NCBI RefSeq assembly: GCF_006345805.1
Contig: NW_021833129.1
Location: forward strand, 1-21,699
Reading direction: 5' to 3'
DNA from: Octopus sinensis
Taxonomy: Eukaryota
Length of the DNA stretch: 21,699 nt
The stretch's first letter is position 1. Each line of letters opens with the position of its first letter. A program made the position numbers and the translations under genes. Shown here piece after piece: positions 15,001-21,699 of this stretch. The notes beneath the pieces were generated by a model that saw only the letters and a list, made by a program, of their open reading frames with translations, made no database searches and was not told the origin of the DNA.

Positions 15001-15248
15001 GTCCGTTATATGAATATATGGGGGGTACTTGAGATTATAAAGAAATTAGGTTATATATTATGAAATTTAGGGACGTCCGTGATATGAAATTATGCGGTAC
15101 TTGAGATTATGTAAGAAATTGCGTAATATATTATGAAATTAGGGACGTCCGTGATATGAAATTATGCGTACTTGAGATTATGTAAGAAATTGCGTAATAT
15201 ATTATGAAATTTAGGGACGTCCGTTATATGAATATATGGGGGGTACTT
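1..15248 (+). repeat. Tandem satellite DNA array, ~73-bp monomer, left block (~205-210 copies, runs off the window's left edge)
   Basis: Continuous head-to-tail copies of TTTAGGGACGTCCGTGATATGAAATTATGGGGTACTTGAGATTATGTAAGAAATTGCGTAATATATTATGAAA. For example, TTTAGGG starts at 3861 and again at 3934 (73 bp). Unit length varies from about 70 to 76 bp, mainly through the G-run and single-base indels. The block ends mid-monomer at ...GGGGGGTACTT (15248). Confidence 0.99.
2698..3650 (+). repeat. Divergent monomer subfamily patch within the satellite
   Basis: Cluster of variants rare elsewhere: TAGGCAC (~2700, ~2921, ~3355), TAGAGAC (~2848, ~3499, ~3642), GATATCAAT, ATTGAGTAAT, and TGTATGAAATTGTGTATTATTTTTTGAAA (~2963 and ~3541). 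Confidence 0.8.
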
Positions 15249-15274
15249 TTATTATTATATTATTATTATTATTT
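15249..15274 (-). repeat. (AAT)n microsatellite 3' tail of the inserted element
   Basis: The + strand reads TTATTATTATATTATTATTATTATTT, about 8 ATT units with one interruption, directly abutting the interrupted monomer. Confidence 0.9.
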
Positions 15275-15600
15275 AAGACCATACGGGCACGCCAGTTAAT
15301 TATAGTTAATCCCGGGATCGCCGATCCAAACGAGGGAGATCCTTCTGAAAGGTTCAATCCTTCCCGCAAGATCGGCCTGAGACACGATGTCCCAGGGTCT
15401 GAGAAGCTAAGAGTCCTTTTTCGGAAATTAAGTGCCTCCTGACGTTGCCATATCCGAAGGAATTTCCACTGACATGGGGACCCCCGTAACGTCCACGCTA
15501 AGCCCGAAGTACGAGAAACCCATTTCCAACTGTGTCTGTGCGTGCCAGAGTACTCGTTGCCTCACGGCAGGGGACGATAACGAGAATTAGCCCCAGGATG

Positions 15601-15605
15601 AAAAA
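15601..15605 (-). terminator. T5 tract just 3' of the tRNA-like head (possible RNA polymerase III terminator)
   Basis: Minus strand GGACAG-TTTTT-CATCC at element positions 75-79. Runs of 4-5 or more T terminate Pol III (established); function here is unverified. Confidence 0.3.
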
Positions 15606-15618
15606 CTGTCCTCCTTCG

Positions 15619-15627
15619 GAATAGATC
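15619..15627 (-). promoter_or_regulatory. Degenerate Pol III B-box
   Basis: Minus strand GATCTATTC versus consensus GWTCRANNC, one mismatch. Counting from G at 15679 it falls at positions 53-61, the canonical tRNA numbering (G53, C56, A58, C61). It is preceded by GGTCGTGA, typical of a tRNA variable loop and T-stem 5' strand. Confidence 0.55.
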
Positions 15628-15660
15628 TCACGACCATCCAAAATCCATTATCCATAGCTT

Positions 15661-15671
15661 GTCTTCAGCCA
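15661..15671 (-). promoter_or_regulatory. Degenerate Pol III A-box
   Basis: Minus strand TGGCTGAAGAC at element positions 9-19. It matches TRGCNNAR of TRGCNNARYGG but lacks the terminal YGG. It lies 44 nt upstream of the B-box start, a tRNA-like spacing. Confidence 0.4.
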
Positions 15672-15679
15672 ATTGGGGC

Positions 15680-18600
15680 TTGAGATTATGTAAGAAATTG
15701 CGTAATAAATAAATTTAGGGACTTTTTAGGGACCTCCTGATATTAATATATTAAGGTACTTGAGATTATGTAAGAAATTAGGTAATATATTATGAAATAG
15801 GGACGTCCGTGATATGAAATTATGGGGTACTGAGATTATGTAAGAATTGCGTAATATATTAGAAATTTAGGGACGTCCGTGATATGAATATATTGGGTAC
15901 TTGAGATTATGTAAGAAATTGGTAATATATTATGAAATTTAGGGACGTCCTTGATATGAATATATGGGGTACTTGAGATTATGTAAGAAATTGCGTAATA
16001 TATTATGAAATTTAGGACGTCAGTGATATGAATATATGGGGTACTTGAGATTATGTAAGAAATTGCGTAATATATTAAAAATTTAGGGACGTCGTGATAT
16101 GAATATGGGGTACTTGAGATTATGTAAGTTGCGTAATATATTATGAAATTTAGGGACGTCCGTGATATTATATATGGGGGGTACTTGAGATTATGTAAGA
16201 ACTTGCGTAATATAATGAAATTTAGGGACTCCCTGTATGAAATATGGGGTACTTGAGATTATAAAGAATTGCGTAATATATTATGAAATTTAGGGACGTC
16301 CGTGATATGAAATTATGGGGGGTACTTGAGATTATGTAAGAAATTGCGTAATATATTATGAAAATTTAGGGACGTCCGTGATATTAAATATTGGGGTACT
16401 TGAGATTATGTAAGAAATTGCGTAATATATTATGAAATTTAGGGACGTCCGTGATATGAAATTATGGGGTACTTGAGATTATGTAAGAAATTGCGTACTA
16501 TATTAAAAAATTTAGAAACATCAGTGATATGAATATATAGGGGTACTTGAGATTATGTAAGAAATTGCGTAATATATTATAAAATTTAGGGACGTCTGTG
16601 ATATTAATATATGGGGGGTACTTGAGATTATGTAAGAAATTGCGTAATATATTATGAAATTTAGGGACGTCCGTTATATGAATATATGGGGTACTTGAGA
16701 TTATGAAAGAAATTGCGTAATATATTATGAAATTTAGGGACGTCCGTGATATGAATATATAGGGGTACTTGAGATTATGTAAGAAATTGCGTAATATATT
16801 ATAAAATTTAGGGACGTCTGTGATATTAATATATGGGGGGTACTTGAGATTATGTAAGAAATTGCGTAATATATAATGAAATTTAGGGACGTCCCTGTAT
16901 GAAATTATGGGGTACTTGAGATTATATAAGAAATTGCGTAATATATTATGAAATTTAGGGACGTCCGTGATATTAATATATGGGGTACTTGAGATTATGT
17001 AAGAATTGCGTAATATATTAATGAAATTTAGGGACGTCCGTGATATTAATTATTGGGGTACTTGAGATTATGTAAGAAATTAGGTATATATTATGAAATT
17101 TAGGGACGTCCGTGATATGAAATTATGGGGTACTTGAGATTATGTAAAAATTGCGTACTATATTAAAAAATTTAGAAACGTCAGTGATATGAATATAAGG
17201 GGTACTTGAGATTATGTAAGAAATGCGTAATATATTATAAAATTTAGGACGTCTGTGATATAATATATGGGGGGTACTTGAGATTATGTTAGAAATTGCG
17301 TAATATATTATGAAATTTAGGGACGTCCCTGTATGAAATATGGGGTACTTGAGATTATGTAAGAAATTGCGTAATATATTATGAAATTTAGGGACGTCGT
17401 GATATGAAATTATGGGGTACTGAGATTATGTAAGAAATTGCGTAATATATCTGAAATTTAGGGACGTCCGTTATTGAATATATGGGGGGTACTTGAGATT
17501 ATAAAGAAATTAGGTATATATTATGAAATTTAGGGACGTCCGTGATATGAAATTATGCGGTACTTGAGATTATGTAAGAAATTGCGTAAATATTATGAAA
17601 TTTAGGGACGTCCGTGATATTAATATATTGGGGGTACTTGAGATGTATGTAAGAAATTGCGTAATATATTATGAAATTAGGGACGTCCGTGATATGAAAT
17701 TATGGGGTACTTGAGATTATGTAAGAAATTGCGTAATATATTATGAAATTAGGGAAGTCCGTGATATGAATTATGGGGGTACTTGAGATTATGTAAGAAA
17801 TTGCGTAATATATTATGAAATTTGAGGGACCTCAGTGATATTATATATTAGGGGTACTTGAGATTATGTAAGAAATTGGTAAATATTATAAAATTTAGGG
17901 ACGTCGTGATATGAAATTATGGGGTACTTGAGATTATGTAAGAAATTGCGTAATATATTATGAAATTTAGGACGTCCGTATGAATATTATGGGGTACTTG
18001 AGATTATGTAAGAAATTGCGTAATATATTATGAAATTTAGGGACGTCAGTGATATGAATATATTGGGGTACTTGAGATTATGTAAGAAATTGCGTAATAT
18101 ATTATGAAATTTAGGGACGTCGTGTGATATGAAATTATGGGGTACTTGAGATTATGTAAGAAATTGCGTAATATATTATGAAATTTAGGGACGTCCGTTA
18201 TATGAATATATGGGGGGTACTTGAGATTATGTAAGAAATTACGAAATATATTATGAAATTTAGGGACGTCCGTAATATGAATATATGGGTGGTACTTGAG
18301 ATATTGTCAGAAATTGCGTAATATATTATGAAATTTAGGGACGTCCGTGATATTAATTTATGGGTACTTGAGATTATGTAAGAAATTGCGTAATATATTA
18401 AAAAATTAGGGACGTCCGTGATATGAATATATGGGGTACTTGAGATTATGTAAGAAATTGCGTAATATATTATGAAATTTAGGGACGTCCGTAATATGAA
18501 TATATGGGTGGTACTTGAGATATTGTCAGAAATTGCGTAATATATTATGAAATTTAGGGACGTCCGTGATATTAATATATTGGGGGTATCTGTGATTATG

Positions 18601-21600
18601 TAAGAAATTGCGTAATATATTATGAAATTTAGGGACGTCTGTGATATTGAATATATGGGGTACTTGAGATTATGTAAGAAATTAGGTAATATATTATGAA
18701 ATTTAGGGACGTCCGTGATATGAAATTATGGGGTACTTGAGATTATGTAAGAAATTGCGTAATATATTATGAAATTTAGGGACGTCCGTGATATGAAATT
18801 ATGGGGTACTTGAGATTATGTAAGAAATTGCGTAATATATAATGAGATTTAGGGACTTCCCTGATATGAAATTATGGGGTACTTGAGATTATGTAAGAAA
18901 TTAGGTAATATATTATGAAATTTAGGGACGTCCGTGATATGAAATTATGGGGTACTTGAGATTATGTAAGAAATTGCGTAATATATTATGAAATTTAGGG
19001 ACGTCCGTGATATTAATTATTGGGGTACTTGGATTATGTAAGAAATGGCGTAATATATATGAAATTTAGGGACGTCAGTGATATTAATATAGGGGGGGGT
19101 ATTGAGATTATGTAAGAAATTGCGTACTATATTAAAAAATTAGGAACGTCAGTGATATGAATATATGGGGGTACTTGAGATTATGTAAGAAATTGCGTAA
19201 TATATTATGAAATTTAGGGACTCCTGATATGAAATTATGGGGGGTACTTGAGATTATGTAAGAAATTGCGTAATATATTATGAAATTTAGGGACGTCCGT
19301 GATATTAATATATGGGGGGTATTGAGATTATGTAGAAATTGCGTAATATATTAAAAAATTAGGGACGTCCGTGATATGAATATATGGGGTTACTTGAGAT
19401 TATGTAAGAAATTCGTATCTGAGGTAATATATATTAAATTTAGGGACGTCTGTGATATTAATATATGGGGGGTACTTGAGATTATGTAAGAAATTGCGTA
19501 ATATATAATGAAATAGGGACGTCCCTGTAGAAATTAGGGGGTATTGAGATTATGTAAGAAATTGCGTAATATATTATTAAATTTTAGCCGTCGTGATATA
19601 AATTATGGGGTACTGAGATTATGTAGAAATTGCGTAATATATTATGAAATTTAGGGACGTCCGTTATATGAATATATGGGGGTACTTGAGATTATAAGAA
19701 ATTAGGTAATATATTATGAATTAGGGACGTCCGTGATATGAAATTATGCGGTACTTGAGATTATGTAAGAATTGCGTAATATATTATGAAATTTAGGGAC
19801 CTCCGTGATATTAATATATTGGGGTACTTGAGATTATGTAAGAAATTTGGGTAATATATTATGAAATTTAGGGACGTCCGTGATATGAAATTATGGGGTA
19901 ATTGAGATTATGTAAGAAATAATGCGTAATATATTATGAAATTTAGGGACGTCCGTTATATGAATATATGGGGGTACTTGAGATTATGTAAGAAATTGCG
20001 TAATATATTATGAAATTTAGGGACCTCCGTGATATTATATATTGCGGGTACTTGAGATTATGTAAGAAATTGGTAATATATATGAAATTTAGGGACGTCC
20101 GTGATATGAAATTATGGGGTACTGAGATTATTGTAAGAAATTGCGTAATATATTATGAAATTTAGGGAGTCCGTGATATGAATATAGGGGGGTACTGGAT
20201 TATGTAAGAAATTGCGTAACTATATTATGAAATTTAGGGACGTCCGTGATATTTAATATTTTGGGGGTACTTGAGATTATGTAAGAAATTGCGTAATATA
20301 TTATGAAATTAGGGACGTCCGTGATATGAAATTATGGGGTACTTGAGATTATGTAAGAAATTGCGTAATATATTATGAAATTTAGGGACGTCCGTTATAT
20401 GATATATGGGGGGTACTTGAGATTATGTAAGAAATTGCGTAATATATTATGAAATTTAGGGACGTCCGTGATATTAAATTATGGGGTACTTGAGATTATG
20501 TAAGAAATTAGGTAATATATTATGAAATTTAGGGACGTCCGTGATATGAAATTATGGGGTACTTGAGATTATGTAAGAAATTGCGTACTATATTAAAAAA
20601 TTTAGAAACGTCAGTGATATGAATATATAGGGGTACTTGAGATTATGTAAGAAATTGCGTAATATATTATGAAATTTAGGGACGTCCGTGATATGAAATT
20701 ATGGGGGTACTTGAGATTATGTAAGAAATTGCGTAATATATAATGAGATTTAGGGACTTCCCTGATATGAAATTATGGGGTACTTGAGATTATGTAAGAA
20801 ATTGGTAATATATTATTAAATTTAGGGACGTTCCGTGATATGAAATATGGGGTACTTGAGATTATGTAAGAAATTGCGTAATAATTATGAATTTAGGGAC
20901 GTCCGTGATATTAAATTATGGGGTACTTGAGATTATGTAAGAAATTGCGTACTATATTAAAAAATTTAGGAACGTCAGTGATATGAATATATAGGGGTAC
21001 TTGAGATTATGTAAGAAATTGCGTAATATATTATGAGATTTAGGAACGTCAGTGATATGAATATATAGGGGTACTTGAGATTATGTAAGAAATTGCGTAA
21101 TATATTATGAGATTTAGGGACTTCCCTGATATGAAATTATGGGGTACTTGAGATTATGTAAGAAATTGCGTAATATATTATGAAATTTAGGGACGTCAGT
21201 GATATTAATATATGGGGGGTATCTGAGATTATGTAAGAAATTGCGTAATATATTAAAAAATTAGGACGTCCGTGATATGAAATTATAAGGGGTACTTGAG
21301 ATTATTGTAAGAAATTGCGATATATTATGAAATTTAGGGACGTCCGTGATATTAATATATGGGGGGGTACTGAGATTATGTAAGAAAATTGCGTTAATAT
21401 ATATGAAATTTAGGGACGTCCCTGTATGAAATTATGGGGTACTTGAGATTATGTAAGAAATTGCGTAATATATTATTGAAATTTAGGGACGTCCGTGATA
21501 TGAAATTATGGGGTACTTGAGATTATGTAAGAAATGCGTAATATATTCTGAATTTAGGACGTCAGTGATATTAATATATGGCGGGGTTATCTGAGATTAT

Positions 21601-21699
21601 GAAGAAATTGCGTACTATAGTAAAAAAATTTAGGAACGTCAGTGATATTGAATATATAGGGGTACTTGAGATTATGTAAGAAATTGGTAATATATTATG
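15680..21699 (+). repeat. Tandem satellite DNA array, ~73-bp monomer, right block (~82 copies, runs off the window's right edge)
   Basis: Resumes in register at TTGAGATTATGTAAGAAATTGCG with the same orientation and the same diagnostic variants as the left block. Confidence 0.99.

Larger units (their letters stand above)
15249..15679 (-). mobile_element. Putative tRNA-derived SINE (non-autonomous non-LTR retroposon), ~430 bp, inserted in the satellite
   Basis: The only non-satellite sequence in the window, ~50% GC versus ~32% for the satellite. It splits a monomer at GGGGTACTT/GAGATT. The minus strand begins GCCCCAATTGGCTGAAG...GATGGTCGTGAGATCTATTCC (tRNA-like head) and ends ...GTATGGTCTTAAATAATAATAATAATATAATAATAA (simple-repeat tail). 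No terminal inverted repeats, LTRs or RT ORF are visible. That it is an insertion is near certain; the SINE classification is inference. Confidence 0.75.

Noticed and set aside
15275-15295. Group II intron domain V-like 3' end (minus strand GCCCGTATGGTC)
   Set aside because: No matching 5' arm with an AGC/CGC triad and no domain VI.
15236-15442. Supplied 68-aa ORF (MGGTFIIILLLLFK...)
   Set aside because: The ATG comes from the satellite (ATGGGGGGTACT, present in many monomers). The hydrophobic, signal-peptide-like stretch is just the translated (ATT)n tail. The ORF is antisense to the inferred element and has no recognisable domain.
15249-15561. Stop-free minus-strand frame of ~100 codons (GNEYSGTHRHSWKW...RARMVLNNNN)
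   Set aside because: No start codon until the last few codons, no RT, endonuclease or zinc-knuckle motif recognised, and it runs into the tail. A tBLASTx search against LINE proteins would settle it.
15590-15679. Hammerhead or HDV-like ribozyme at the element's 5' end (minus-strand CUGAAGA; GCCCCA/UGGGGC stem)
   Set aside because: CUGANGA is present but no suitably placed GAAA, stem II/III or NUH follows (GAAG instead). The HDV-type L3 (UCC) and P1.1 GG are absent.
15608-15679. Functional tRNA gene
   Set aside because: The D-arm, anticodon arm and T-stem do not pair and the invariant GG of the D-loop is missing. Only promoter-like remnants remain.
15751-15758. TTAAGGTA resembling the R2 28S rDNA target core
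   Set aside because: A single degenerate monomer variant ~70 bp from the junction, with no rDNA context. Chance match.
1-21699. CRISPR array (73-bp period with conserved and variable parts)
   Set aside because: There are no unique spacers. The whole unit is repeated, the variable part is only a few recurring haplotypes, and no cas genes are present.
1-21699. Canonical telomerase-made (TTTAGGG)n tract or G-quadruplex array
   Set aside because: The motif occurs singly every ~73 bp, not in tandem. G-runs are separated by ~20 and ~45 nt, too far apart for a standard intramolecular G4.
1-21699. Coding tandem repeat or ribozyme-containing satellite
   Set aside because: The 73-bp unit is not a multiple of 3, stops are frequent, and the ORF track shows nothing in the array. 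No CUGANGA core is present in the consensus on either strand.

Overview
Eukaryotic heterochromatin-type sequence with no credible protein-coding gene. About 98% of the window is one head-to-tail tandem satellite array of roughly 290 copies of a ~73-bp monomer, all in the same orientation. Consensus read by eye: TTTAGGGACGTCCGTGATATGAAATTATGGGGTACTTGAGATTATGTAAGAAATTGCGTAATATATTATGAAA (A25 T25 G18 C5, ~32% GC, strongly G-skewed). The array is interrupted once, at 15249-15679, by a ~430-bp, ~50% GC insertion. On the minus strand this insertion has a degenerate tRNA-like head (A-box-like and B-box-like motifs at tRNA spacing), a hairpin-rich body and an (AAT)n tail, so it is most likely a tRNA-derived SINE. 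The satellite shows a 24+24+25 internal sub-repeat, one TTTAGGG per monomer, bZIP-type palindromic motifs, and ordered multi-monomer variant cassettes that recur at irregular spacing. The one supplied ORF is judged spurious. The host organism and the chromosomal position (telomeric versus centromeric) cannot be determined from this window, and part of the variation looks like long-read consensus error. All counts were made by hand.
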